Below, in pieces: positions 1 through 7,711 of a stretch of DNA of 41,392 nt (positions are counted from its first letter, which is position 1; every line of letters starts with the position of its first letter). The position numbers and the translations under genes are program-made. The notes below the pieces were generated by a model. The model was not told where the DNA came from. It worked only from the letters and a program-made list of their open reading frames with translations, and searched no databases. Source of the DNA: a virus; IMG/VR virus record IMGVR_UViG_3300023223_001537, positions 1-41,392 of that record. One strand, written 5' to 3'.

Positions 1-144
1 AAAGAAAAGCCCTATCTCCTGATGCCGCGACATTTGTTACGCTTACTACAGACACTGATACCGCTAATATTACCCTCCTTTCTAATTTACCAGCTACTGT
101 GCAGGAAATTACTATATTTCTTCAACTATGGAGTTCAGACGATA
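1..144. repeat. Terminal overlap, copy 1 (identical to 41249..41392); marks circular closure of a 41,248-bp genome
   Basis: Direct comparison of both ends: the string aaagaaaagccctatctcct...gagttcagacgata occurs at both ends with no mismatch. Confidence 0.95.
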
Positions 145-521
145 GCAACCAACAACCTAAAATTGTGCTAGGAGACAGCGGAGGTTTTGAAACCAGTGGT
201 TATTTAAGCATTGGACTAACAAGCACCCAAGCCGGAACATTATTGGACAGTGAAGTTAGCGGATTTATTGTTGGCGACCAAGCGCAATTTAGTTCTGGTA
301 GCAATAATAGCGTAACATTTGTTTTAAAAAATCAAGGCTCAAATGTGTGGTCTTACCGCGCTTTCGGTGGCCGAAGGAAAAGCAGTGACGCGGACAGTGT
401 TTTTTATAATGGACACGGTAGCAAAACTTTATCGCCAGGACCCTTAACTCAGGTTCGTTTATCAACTAAAGGCGGAACGGCGTTGAATGATGGTGGAACG
501 GCTTTTATCAGTTTTAGATAA
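1..521 (+). CDS. Tail fibre protein, C-terminal part. This is the continuation of the ORF starting at 40402; the joined ORF is 455 codons.
   Basis: The reading frame is open from base 3 with no stop before 519..521. It is in phase with 40402 once the 144-bp overlap is removed (1368 nt = 456 codons including the stop). The GTG start at 99 in the ORF track is an artefact of the window edge. Confidence 0.8.
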   Translation, partial: RKALSPDAATFVTLTTDTDTANITLLSNLPATVQEITIFLQLWSSDDSNQQPKIVLGDSGGFETSGYLSIGLTSTQAGTLLDSEVSGFIVGDQAQFSSGSNNSVTFVLKNQGSNVWSYRAFGGRRKSSDADSVFYNGHGSKTLSPGPLTQVRLSTKGGTALNDGGTAFISFR

Positions 522-725
522 AATTATGTTATAGTTATATTGAGAATAGAGCAGGACCGGAAATGAGAACCCGGCCCGACGCGAGGACACGCGCCATCGG
601 ATAACCGACTGCCCCATAGATAAAATATAAGTTGGTTTCCAGGGTGCCTTTCACTAAAGGCAATCGGATGCTAAATCAAATCCTACCTTTAAAATTAAAT
701 CCACAAAATACATGGAGGCATCCTC

Positions 726-1022
726 ATGCCTGACACGATTCATGGAATGGTGCGCTGGAAAGCTCTTGCCGGCATTTTAGTTACCATTTTTTCGATTCTT
801 TTTACCTATTCTTATCAATCTAGTTCTCATTTTACAGTTCGGATGGAAAAGCTGGAAGATAAAATGGTCACTCGTAAGGAATGGGATCAAGCGGAAAAAT
901 ATCGTTCTCAATTCCTGGCAGAATATAGAGAAGACCAGAAAACACAGAATGAATTGTTAAAAGAATTGTTGGAGAAAATTACTCATATTGAGACTAGAAA
1001 TATTTACAAATCTGGAAAGTGA
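726..1022 (+). CDS. Single-pass membrane protein with a coiled-coil C-terminus; candidate holin or i-spanin
   Basis: GGAGG lies 8 nt upstream. There is one N-terminal hydrophobic helix (ALAGILVTIFSILFTY) followed by a charged helical tail. It is the first gene of the lysis-like cassette. Confidence 0.5.
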   Translation: MPDTIHGMVRWKALAGILVTIFSILFTYSYQSSSHFTVRMEKLEDKMVTRKEWDQAEKYRSQFLAEYREDQKTQNELLKELLEKITHIETRNIYKSGK

Positions 1023-1029
1023 TAACACA

Positions 1030-1446
1030 ATGAAAAACATAATATTAAAAAGAATTCATACCGGAGAATTTGGAACATTTGGCGTATTGATGGAAAAAGA
1101 CCGACCTCCTTTTGCCTTAACGCTTGAACCCCCGTGGAAAGACAACGAACCAAATATTTCGTGTATTCCCGCAATGACCTACCACGTTTTCCCCGTAGTC
1201 TCCCCGCGTTTTGGCAAAACTTGGGAGGTGGTCGATGTTCCTGGTCGATCCCATATATTATTTCATAAAGGTAATATAGCGAAACCGAGCGTGTCAGACA
1301 CTCTTGGTTGTATTTTAGTCGGTGAAAGATTTGAATTTCTTGGCGGTCATCCTGCTATCTTAGCCAGCAAACCAGGATTTAATGAATTCATGGATATACT
1401 TGATGAGGAAAATGTTTTCAAATTATCAATTATGGAACATTATTAA
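1030..1446 (+). CDS. DUF5675-like protein with a YkuD-like H-x14-T-L-G-C motif; candidate cell-wall enzyme or endolysin
   Basis: Motifs SPRFGKTWEVVDVPGRSHILFHKGN...SDTLGCILVG. The ATG at 1030 is preferred over the upstream alternative start at 988. The gene sits between a membrane protein and a lipoprotein. Confidence 0.55.
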   Translation: MKNIILKRIHTGEFGTFGVLMEKDRPPFALTLEPPWKDNEPNISCIPAMTYHVFPVVSPRFGKTWEVVDVPGRSHILFHKGNIAKPSVSDTLGCILVGERFEFLGGHPAILASKPGFNEFMDILDEENVFKLSIMEHY

Positions 1447-1534
1447 TAAAAGATCCCAAACCTGCGACCAGTCGCTTTCGGCAGTGCCCTACACGAAAGA
1501 AACTGGCCAGAGGCATGGGATCAAAGGAGATATC

Positions 1535-1669
1535 ATGCGTATCATAATCTCATTAATTATAATGACAATCCTGAATATTAATTCAGGCTGTGCGACAACC
1601 ATGAAAAAGGCTGCAGATTGTATGGCTGACACTCAGAAATGTTGGGCAGATTATAATAAAAAACCATAG
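1535..1669 (+). CDS. Small lipoprotein (44 aa); candidate o-spanin
   Basis: AGGAGA RBS upstream of the ATG at 1535. Signal peptide plus lipobox (LNINSGC). The mature part is short and contains Cys. The 1382 start in the ORF track is unlikely. Confidence 0.5.
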   Translation: MRIIISLIIMTILNINSGCATTMKKAADCMADTQKCWADYNKKP

Positions 1670-1704
1670 ATTGAATCAGTAGCCTCGTTAAAAAAGGACT
1701 GGCA

Positions 1705-2082
1705 CTATTTCTTAATGTATGGATTTTCGATTTTTCCATTCAAAATTTCATATTCATTAAACATTTCAATAAATTTAGGATCAATCGTTTCTGGGTCTAA
1801 ATTATAAGGAATATCTTTTATTTTTTGTCTCAAATTATTCTTATATTGAATTCTAATAGTATTAATTTTTGCTTTAATTTCATTCTCGTCCATTTTTTTC
1901 TCCACTTTAAAGGATTCTTTTCCATTATGACAATGCCTTACATTCCAGCCTACTCCCCATGAAGTACAATTGGTTCTGCAATAATGACAACCGTCTGATG
2001 CTGTATTTCCAGGATGAGCAGATGAAAGAATGGGTACCGAAAGAAAGATGAAAGATGCGCAAATCAAAATTAATTTTTTCAT
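1705..2082 (-). CDS. Secreted YHYH-domain protein
   Basis: GGAGG RBS before the internal Met (MKKLILICASFIFLSVPILSSA signal peptide). The motif HPGNTASDGCHYCRTNCTSWGVGWNVRHCH matches the YHYH-domain pattern. Confidence 0.6.
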   Translation of the reverse strand: MKKLILICASFIFLSVPILSSAHPGNTASDGCHYCRTNCTSWGVGWNVRHCHNGKESFKVEKKMDENEIKAKINTIRIQYKNNLRQKIKDIPYNLDPETIDPKFIEMFNEYEILNGKIENPYIKK

Positions 2083-2142
2083 AAAACCTCCTCGGTTAAA
2101 TAGGGTTTGCTGCCAATTCCTTAATTGCATCAAGAAATTTAT

Positions 2143-2616
2143 TTAAAGCAACTTGCGAAGTCTATCTTTTTCCAGCGATAACTCACAAATAATAAATGAA
2201 TGAAATGCGTGAAATATAAGTTGAATTCCATCTTTAGAATGTCCCCATTCCTTTACTGCTACTTTATGTTCTAAATATTTTTTAAAAAGTTGTTTATTAA
2301 GTGAGTTAAGGACAGGTTTGAATAAATCTTCATCAAGTTTGTTTGGATGTCCCGCCGTATAATGGGCGAAGCTGTTGCGCAATATTATAAACCTTCTCAA
2401 GGTCTTTAAAAGAGCGGCGTCTAAACCGAATGCTGCTAATAAATTGAGTCTTGGTGAAATAAATATTACCTGAATGCTAATATGTTCGTTTTTTTCGTGA
2501 ATAGATTCTAAAATATCATTAACAATTCTTTCTATATTTATAGAACATCTCAGTAATAGATCAATAGAATCGTCACCACTTACCATTAAAACAAAATTTT
2601 CTTTATTAAAAGTCAC
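2143..2616 (-). CDS. HEPN-motif protein (predicted all-alpha, R-N-S-F-A-H = Rx4H); candidate RNase, Abi or toxin
   Basis: The LRNSFAH motif is encoded at 2362..2379 on the minus strand, and I checked it codon by codon. The ORF is 157 aa with a GTG start and AAGGAA upstream. An alternative ATG lies at 2586. Confidence 0.5.
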   Translation of the reverse strand: MTFNKENFVLMVSGDDSIDLLLRCSINIERIVNDILESIHEKNEHISIQVIFISPRLNLLAAFGLDAALLKTLRRFIILRNSFAHYTAGHPNKLDEDLFKPVLNSLNKQLFKKYLEHKVAVKEWGHSKDGIQLIFHAFHSFIICELSLEKDRLRKLL

Positions 2617-2666
2617 CTTTTATATTCCTTTATTTATTTAAAGTAATATGATTTATGTCGTGAACC

Positions 2667-2879
2667 TTATCTTGTATGACACTCTGGACAGCAGTGAAAG
2701 CATCCATCAACATTGTTGAATCCTTCTTCTTTTGCTTTTCTAACTGCACCACGACAAGTAGCAAAAGTGCCTAAATCATGTTGGTTTTTTTTGTCTGGTA
2801 AATTATTACATGTATCTAGGTTGTGCACTTCATGTTCCCCTGAAGATTGAGGATTTTTATTAACGCAAAATTTTGGCAT
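2667..2879 (-). CDS. Small Cys/His-rich protein (70 aa), C-terminal CxxCCxxCH cluster, probable metal binding
   Basis: GGAGA RBS. Sequence ...GEHEVHNLDTC...DGCFHCCPECHTR. It lies immediately upstream of the HEPN-motif gene on the same strand, with a 50-nt gap. Confidence 0.5.
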   Translation of the reverse strand: MPKFCVNKNPQSSGEHEVHNLDTCNNLPDKKNQHDLGTFATCRGAVRKAKEEGFNNVDGCFHCCPECHTR

Positions 2880-2954
2880 TTTTAAGTCTCCACGGTTATT
2901 GGTTTTCGCTGCCTATTATTTACAGCAACATTATTGTCGCCGTATAAAGTTTAT

Positions 2955-3176
2955 TTATTTCTCTTCCATTTTCCCAGAACTGGACCTCTTTTGTAGAACA
3001 ATCTGATGAGTGGAACATACACCCGTTGATACTGTACCTGTAAAACCGTTCATAACCGCTCCGCATTTTTCAATGATTAATCCTCCGGCACCATCGCTTG
3101 AAATATTGGTTACATAAGGTCCCGCTGAAGAACAACCGCTCAAAACGATGAGAAATGTAAAAATAAATTTTTTCAT
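2955..3176 (-). CDS. Small lipoprotein (73 aa)
   Basis: GAGG RBS. Signal peptide with lipobox (IVLSGC). Confidence 0.55.
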   Translation of the reverse strand: MKKFIFTFLIVLSGCSSAGPYVTNISSDGAGGLIIEKCGAVMNGFTGTVSTGVCSTHQIVLQKRSSSGKMEEK

Positions 3177-3399
3177 GGAATAACCTCATAATGTAAATAA
3201 TTAAGCAACCCCAAGTCCTTTGACAGCGAGGAAAAGGAAAGGTTTTAGACACGAAGAAGGGAATTGATTTATATATCGTGAATGGTTGCTGAATGAAGCC
3301 CTGAGGTAGCCTTATCAGCCCAATTGCGACAGAGCCAGCCCTCAGTTTTAGACGCGGATAATCCGTCCTGGAAACCGCGAATGGCTCCTCAATTAGACT

Positions 3400-3726
3400 T
3401 TAATTTTTTGGATTCTTAACAGAACTTCCTTCTTTTGTAAGTAAATAAACAGCCTTGGCAAAATCCTCTCTACTACGCTCATTGGCTTCGTATTCAGCGT
3501 GTAATTTTTCCTTTCTTTTAGCTTCAGCAGCCTTTTCTGCCTCTGTAGGGATACAAGCTTTTGGCGGTCTGTCATCGATACATAAAACTAAACTAAAAAA
3601 TCCGCCAAGAATACACATCAAACCCCAGAAAATCATAGCATTATAAAAACAGAGCAGCATACCGATGAAAAAACAAAACAAAACAAACAAGATTCCCATG
3701 ATATTTCTCCTGGCTTTACGATTCAT
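3400..3726 (-). CDS. Two-helix membrane protein with a charged C-terminal tail
   Basis: Hydrophobic segments GILFVLFCFFIGMLLCF and IFWGLMCILGGFFSLVLCI. The ATG at 3726 is preferred over the TTG at 3735. It is the first gene downstream of the repressor. Confidence 0.5.
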   Translation of the reverse strand: MNRKARRNIMGILFVLFCFFIGMLLCFYNAMIFWGLMCILGGFFSLVLCIDDRPPKACIPTEAEKAAEAKRKEKLHAEYEANERSREDFAKAVYLLTKEGSSVKNPKN

Positions 3727-3822
3727 CGTTTTCAAGAACGCTCAGTTTAGCTCGACTTGGCTTTGAATCAATGGTTTTTTCGTTAATTAATAATTCTAAT
3801 TGTCGTATGGGCTTGCCTTGCG

Positions 3823-4236
3823 TTAACTCATATTTCCTTGGTGAACCTTTTTTGGGTGGTTGGGAATTGTAAGGTCATCCAGTTTTTGTTGAAGACCTTT
3901 AATTTCTAATTCTTGGCTTTTGATTAATTTTCCCTGGGTCTTAACATGTTGCTCATGAGACTGAACTAGCAATAGAAAACCCTCAATTCTACGTTGAATC
4001 TTCTCTTCAATATAAGCGGGTTCATTTCTGCCAGAAACCAGATAATCTATGGTGGTATTGCATAGTTTACTGACCGAAAAAAGCAATTCCAAAGATGGTT
4101 TAACCTTGCCTAATTCCACATGACTGACATAGGTTTGACCAAATCCAAGTAATTCGGCAAACTTCTCTTGAGTTTTGTCTCCCCGTAATTCTTTGAATCT
4201 TTTACCGATATCTTTTTTATCGAAATTTTTATTCAT
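3823..4236 (-). CDS. XRE/cI-type HTH repressor
   Basis: HTH pattern IGKRFKELRGDKTQEKFAELLGFGQTYVSHVELGKVKPSLELLFSV. It is divergent from the early operon. Confidence 0.75.
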   Translation of the reverse strand: MNKNFDKKDIGKRFKELRGDKTQEKFAELLGFGQTYVSHVELGKVKPSLELLFSVSKLCNTTIDYLVSGRNEPAYIEEKIQRRIEGFLLLVQSHEQHVKTQGKLIKSQELEIKGLQQKLDDLTIPNHPKKVHQGNMS

Positions 4237-4252
4237 ATTATTATATTTATGC

Positions 4253-4281
4253 TTGACTCCTAGTTAAAAACATCATACTAT
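4253..4281 (+). promoter_or_regulatory. Rightward early promoter candidate (TTGACT-17 nt-TACTAT)
   Basis: The hexamers and 17-nt spacer were read directly. It lies in the divergent region between the repressor and the early genes. Confidence 0.5.
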
Positions 4282-4340
4282 TGTTCTGAAAAGCTTGTAA
4301 CCTATTATTAAACAAGGTTTAGCGCTTTCATTCATAAAAG

Positions 4341-4509
4341 GCCCGTGAAGTTATGATAAACCCTATAAAAACAAAAAATAAACCAGAGGAGCCCTATCGG
4401 ATCCCTTTGGCCACTACCGTCGATTCCTTCCTTTTGACTTCACGGGCATAAGTAAAGTTCGGCGGTAGTTTAATTTTTAAGCTAAGCGGAGGGGCTGCAA
4501 CCCCTCCGC
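4341..4509 (+). ncRNA. Structured leader of the early operon: two 11-bp long-range helices in pseudoknot topology plus a 9-bp GC hairpin
   Basis: 4341..4351 pairs with 4437..4447 (11/11). 4413..4423 pairs with 4459..4469 (11 bp with one G-U). Hairpin GCGGAGGGG-ctgcaa-CCCCTCCGC at 4486..4509. No convincing ORF is present. Confidence 0.4.
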
Positions 4510-4572
4510 TCGGTATAGCGTAACCCGCTCAAGGTCACAATAACGTCAAAATTCAACTCGGGAGGTTTTTTA

Positions 4573-4779
4573 ATGTCTCAAGAATCAAATTCTAACGGCA
4601 AAGCCAGAATGAATATTTCTATTACTCATGAAAATAAAGGGAAGATAGAAGATCTCGCTGTAAAAAATATTAGAAGTGTGAGCCAACAGGCAGAGCACCA
4701 GATTGCACTTTCCTTTAAATACGCAGATCAGATTACGCAAATGGAACTCGAAGCTGCTTTAGCTACAAAGAATTCATAG
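4573..4779 (+). CDS. Ribbon-helix-helix (Arc/CopG-like) protein; candidate Cro-type early regulator
   Basis: GGGAGG RBS. An N-terminal beta strand (RMNISIT) is followed by two helices. It is the first gene of the early operon. Confidence 0.5.
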   Translation: MSQESNSNGKARMNISITHENKGKIEDLAVKNIRSVSQQAEHQIALSFKYADQITQMELEAALATKNS

Positions 4780-4862
4780 CTCAAAAACAAATATGACACA
4801 AGTTTGAACACTATGCAACACAAAAGTTCAAATTAAATACAAAAAACTCAGCGAGGTGCGAA

Positions 4863-5621
4863 ATGGATGAAAACAGCCCAGACGAACCACAGATTGTTGT
4901 AGCGCAAATTCCAAATCTTAATCAAAGGATGCTGGCCATTACCAATGACGCTAAAAGGCAAAAACCTGATAAAAAAGTTGCTGCTGCCAGGATCAATTAC
5001 GATTATATCTCCCATAACGCCGTAACCGAGTTAATCCAACCTCTTTTGGTTAAACATGGTGTTGACGCCTGCCCGGCCCTTCAAAACGTAGTGAGGGACC
5101 AATATGACGTCGCAGCCTACAAAGCTGATGATCCTCCTACCATCAAAAACCGGCTCACAGTTTATTTTGATATTAAATTTGTCAATGTTGATGATCCAAA
5201 GGATTTCGAGATGATCCCCTGGATAGCTGAAGCTGTCGGGAATGATGACAAACAACTCGGAATAGCGGTTTCTGCGGGAATCCGGCAATGCTATCAGAAA
5301 CGATTTAAATTGAGGAGCGGTGATCCTGATATTGAGGAAGGGAATGTTGGTAATGATAACAAAGAAAAAGGGGGAACCGGAACCAAAGAGAAATATGAAC
5401 CACGCAAAGAAGAAACATCAGGGAAGCCGAGACTGGTTTCAGTAAAACAAGTAACATTTTTCAATCAGTTAGTAGAAAAACATGGGTGGTCAGAAATAGA
5501 TGTAGATATGGAAATTCATAGCAAATTTGGGGTTGATAATGCCGCTCAATTTGCAATGAGCGATTTCCAGGAAGTAGTCAAGATTCTTGAAGCTGGTCCC
5601 AAGGCTGATATCCCATTTTAA
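4863..5621 (+). CDS. erf: Erf-family single-strand annealing recombinase
   Basis: Pattern INYDYISHNAVTELIQPLLVKHGV... followed by a charged low-complexity C-terminus, as in Erf proteins. Confidence 0.55.
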   Translation: MDENSPDEPQIVVAQIPNLNQRMLAITNDAKRQKPDKKVAAARINYDYISHNAVTELIQPLLVKHGVDACPALQNVVRDQYDVAAYKADDPPTIKNRLTVYFDIKFVNVDDPKDFEMIPWIAEAVGNDDKQLGIAVSAGIRQCYQKRFKLRSGDPDIEEGNVGNDNKEKGGTGTKEKYEPRKEETSGKPRLVSVKQVTFFNQLVEKHGWSEIDVDMEIHSKFGVDNAAQFAMSDFQEVVKILEAGPKADIPF

Positions 5622-5638
5622 TTAAGGAGGAAACAGAT

Positions 5639-5992
5639 ATGACAGAACAAACTGAGAATCTAACAAAATTTAGGGAAATGTGGAAAAAGGAATATCCAGA
5701 CAAACCTTATCCATTCACTAAACAGGCAAAGATGAAAAAGAAAAGGGATCTTTATGTACGGCAATTGAGAGCAGATGCCGAAGGTCTATTCGAACAGGCC
5801 AGCGAACTTGAAAAGAATTGGTTGGATGATTTTGATGATTATAAATTAATTGAGAATCAGCTTCCTTACATTGAGCAAATAGGGGCTGAAGTAAACGAAT
5901 TATGGGAGGATATTTCTGTACTTTCCAAAGAATTGAAGGAATATATTGACGCCGATTTAACTGAGGCAGAACTTCAGGAATTTGAGGAATAA
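5639..5992 (+). CDS. Hypothetical acidic protein
   Basis: AAGGAGG RBS. Coding-like composition. No motif recognised. Confidence 0.5.
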   Translation: MTEQTENLTKFREMWKKEYPDKPYPFTKQAKMKKKRDLYVRQLRADAEGLFEQASELEKNWLDDFDDYKLIENQLPYIEQIGAEVNELWEDISVLSKELKEYIDADLTEAELQEFEE

Positions 5993-5993
5993 A

Positions 5994-6269
5994 ATGGGTA
6001 AGCGAACTCAATTCATGCAGTGCGCCAATTGCGGTTCAATGAATGAAATCATAACAGATACCAGAGATTCGGGTAATGGTCTATCCCGTCGGCGCAGAAG
6101 GCAATGTTTGGATTGTAAACATCGATATACGACACATGAATTCAAGGACGATGATTTAAAAAAACTTTTATGGAACTGGTTGGATGCTGTGAAATTAAAC
6201 ATTAATCGCGATCTAAATACTTTACCAGATATTGGTTTATTAATAAGAGAACACAGACACAATAAATGA
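5994..6269 (+). CDS. NrdR-type zinc-ribbon protein lacking the ATP-cone
   Basis: MQCANCGS...TDTRDSGNGLSRRRRRQCLDCKHRYTTHEF parallels the NrdR N-terminus (CxxC...DSR...RRRRxCxxC..R.TT.E). GAGGA RBS before the ATG at 5994. It abuts the integrase gene. Confidence 0.6.
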   Translation: MGKRTQFMQCANCGSMNEIITDTRDSGNGLSRRRRRQCLDCKHRYTTHEFKDDDLKKLLWNWLDAVKLNINRDLNTLPDIGLLIREHRHNK

Positions 6270-6349
6270 TTTCTGTTCCCAAATATCAAAATATGATAGA
6301 TTCCTTTCGCTGGGCGGTGAGGGATAGTTCACCCGTGAAGGAGGGAGCT

Positions 6350-7390
6350 ATGCCTGACCATATTATCAAGCGAAAGGATAAAAAGGGAAAGGAGTTTAAA
6401 AACTTTTATGCAAGCAGAAAATATAAAGGCGTTTTCCTAAGGGACTGTCTGGAAACGACAGACATTCTTATCGCTCAGAAGCGATTAATCGAATTGGAAT
6501 TGAAAGTTGATCGCAATGAATATCACGCATGGAAAAAAACATTTTCCAACTGTGTTGATGAATGGAAATCTTCCTTGAATATGACAAGGGGCAACCATCA
6601 GCGATATGAATCAATTGCTCGAATCCATTTAATCCCGCGCTTTGCTAATAGCCGGGTTGTTGATCTGGTGACGCATGATCAGCAAACCGGCAAAAGCGTT
6701 TTGAGTGAATACCTGGAAGAGATTTCAGGAATGCCCCAGGAAAGCGTTAAAAAATTCAGGGTTGCCCTGTCGCAGATTTTGAAGCATTACGATAAGTCAT
6801 TCAAACTGCCAAAGGCAAATTATGCCAACCCTGGGTTTTATCAGACGAGGTTTTTGACGATCGAGGAACTCAATATAGTAGTAGATAATTTGAGTCCTGG
6901 CCGACACAAACTCGTAGCGTCACTTATGGCATACACAGGGCTGGATCTCACTGAGGCACTTTTCATTAAATGGGGTTCTATTAATCTCAAGAGGAATTTC
7001 ATTACCATGAAGAGGGATAAACGTCTTTATTCTTCAGAAGCGTTAACCAGGGAAATACCTCTGACCGATGCTTGTCAGAAACTTTTACGATCCAGATTCA
7101 AGATCAGAAAATTGCATGATGACCGGGTTTTTGATATCAGCTATGCCGCTTTTCAAAAGGCATGGAATAGAGCCCGGGAAAGATGGGAAATTGAATGGAA
7201 CGTGAGGATCAAGGATCTCCGTCACTTCTTCGGCAGTCATATGTTGAATAGTGGTGTGGATCCAATGCTGGTTGCCAACCTTATGGGCCATTCTAGCGTT
7301 AATATGCTGCTTAAAAGGTACGGGCATTATCGCCTTGATACCAAACAAAAAGCGATTGACGTTTTTAACGAGTCGATGGCGGCGCGGTAG
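6350..7390 (+). CDS. int: Tyrosine integrase
   Basis: C-terminal catalytic pattern ...IKDLRHFFGSHMLNSGVDPMLVANLMGHSSVNMLLKRYGHY. AGGAGGGA RBS before the ATG at 6350. An attP-like region follows. Confidence 0.85.
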   Translation: MPDHIIKRKDKKGKEFKNFYASRKYKGVFLRDCLETTDILIAQKRLIELELKVDRNEYHAWKKTFSNCVDEWKSSLNMTRGNHQRYESIARIHLIPRFANSRVVDLVTHDQQTGKSVLSEYLEEISGMPQESVKKFRVALSQILKHYDKSFKLPKANYANPGFYQTRFLTIEELNIVVDNLSPGRHKLVASLMAYTGLDLTEALFIKWGSINLKRNFITMKRDKRLYSSEALTREIPLTDACQKLLRSRFKIRKLHDDRVFDISYAAFQKAWNRARERWEIEWNVRIKDLRHFFGSHMLNSGVDPMLVANLMGHSSVNMLLKRYGHYRLDTKQKAIDVFNESMAAR

Positions 7391-7444
7391 AGCCGGGTAG
7401 AGATGGAGTTATAACTCTGAAAGACTACCATATTTCAGAACGGT

Positions 7445-7656
7445 GCGGGGTGGGGAATCCCGCCCATCGACTTAACAAGGTACACAGTGGAAATGTTGGA
7501 ATCTGAAAGCATTATGAATAATTGCCGATGGCGGCGTGGTATCGCCGGGATAGGTGGCGTTTTTAACGATAGTAGGAGCGGGGTGGGGAATCCTGCCCGT
7601 CGGCATAAAAGGTTCACAAATGGTACACATAGGAAATGGTAAAATCTGAAAGTATT
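7445..7656. repeat. Two imperfect copies (7445..7512 and 7578..7656) of a 70-80-bp unit; candidate attP arm region
   Basis: Both copies begin gcggggtggggaatcc(c/t)gccc and end aatctgaaag(c/t)att. They lie between int and the tRNA-like core. Confidence 0.6.
7609..7631. repeat. 23-bp perfect direct repeat, left copy (aaggttcacaaatggtacacata)
   Basis: Identical to 7792..7814. The two copies flank the tRNA-like core and are candidate arm-type integrase sites. Confidence 0.7.
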
Positions 7657-7661
7657 GAAAA

Positions 7662-7711
7662 GGTGTGTCCCCAGGGGGATTTGAACCCCCGTCGCCGGCG
7701 TGAAAGGCCGG
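7662..7711 (-). other. attP core: 3-prime half of a tRNA-Glu(UUC) gene (anticodon arm to acceptor end), not a complete tRNA
   Basis: The reverse complement reads CCGGC-CTTTCAC-GCCGG-CGAC-GGGGG-TTCAAAT-CCCCC-TGGGGAC-A. This gives a UUC anticodon, a 4-nt variable loop and a T arm. The upstream sequence cannot form the D arm or the 5-prime acceptor strand. Confidence 0.75.

Noticed and set aside
1-144. The 144-bp end repeat as a physical direct terminal repeat or a prophage att duplication
   Set aside because: The repeat lies inside an uninterrupted coding frame of a fibre gene, and the real att site is at 7662..7711. A P22-type terminase implies headful packaging. An assembly overlap from a circular or permuted genome is the simpler reading. 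Sequence alone cannot exclude a true short repeat.
988-1534. Upstream alternative starts given in the ORF track (988 and 1382)
   Set aside because: Both extend over the preceding gene or an intergenic region without an RBS. Internal ATGs at 1030 and 1535 have Shine-Dalgarno sequences and give sensible N-termini (a soluble enzyme and a lipoprotein signal peptide).
4237-4245. Leaderless repressor mRNA (a TATAAT on the minus strand just upstream of the repressor ATG, as for lambda PRM)
   Set aside because: The hexamer (complement of 4240..4245) is only 3 nt from the ATG, so a normal start site would fall inside the coding region, and the -35 is poor. The repressor promoter remains unassigned.
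7435-7617. 60-aa minus-strand ORF next to the integrase
   Set aside because: It lies entirely within the duplicated attP arm repeats, has Pro/Arg-rich composition and no RBS.
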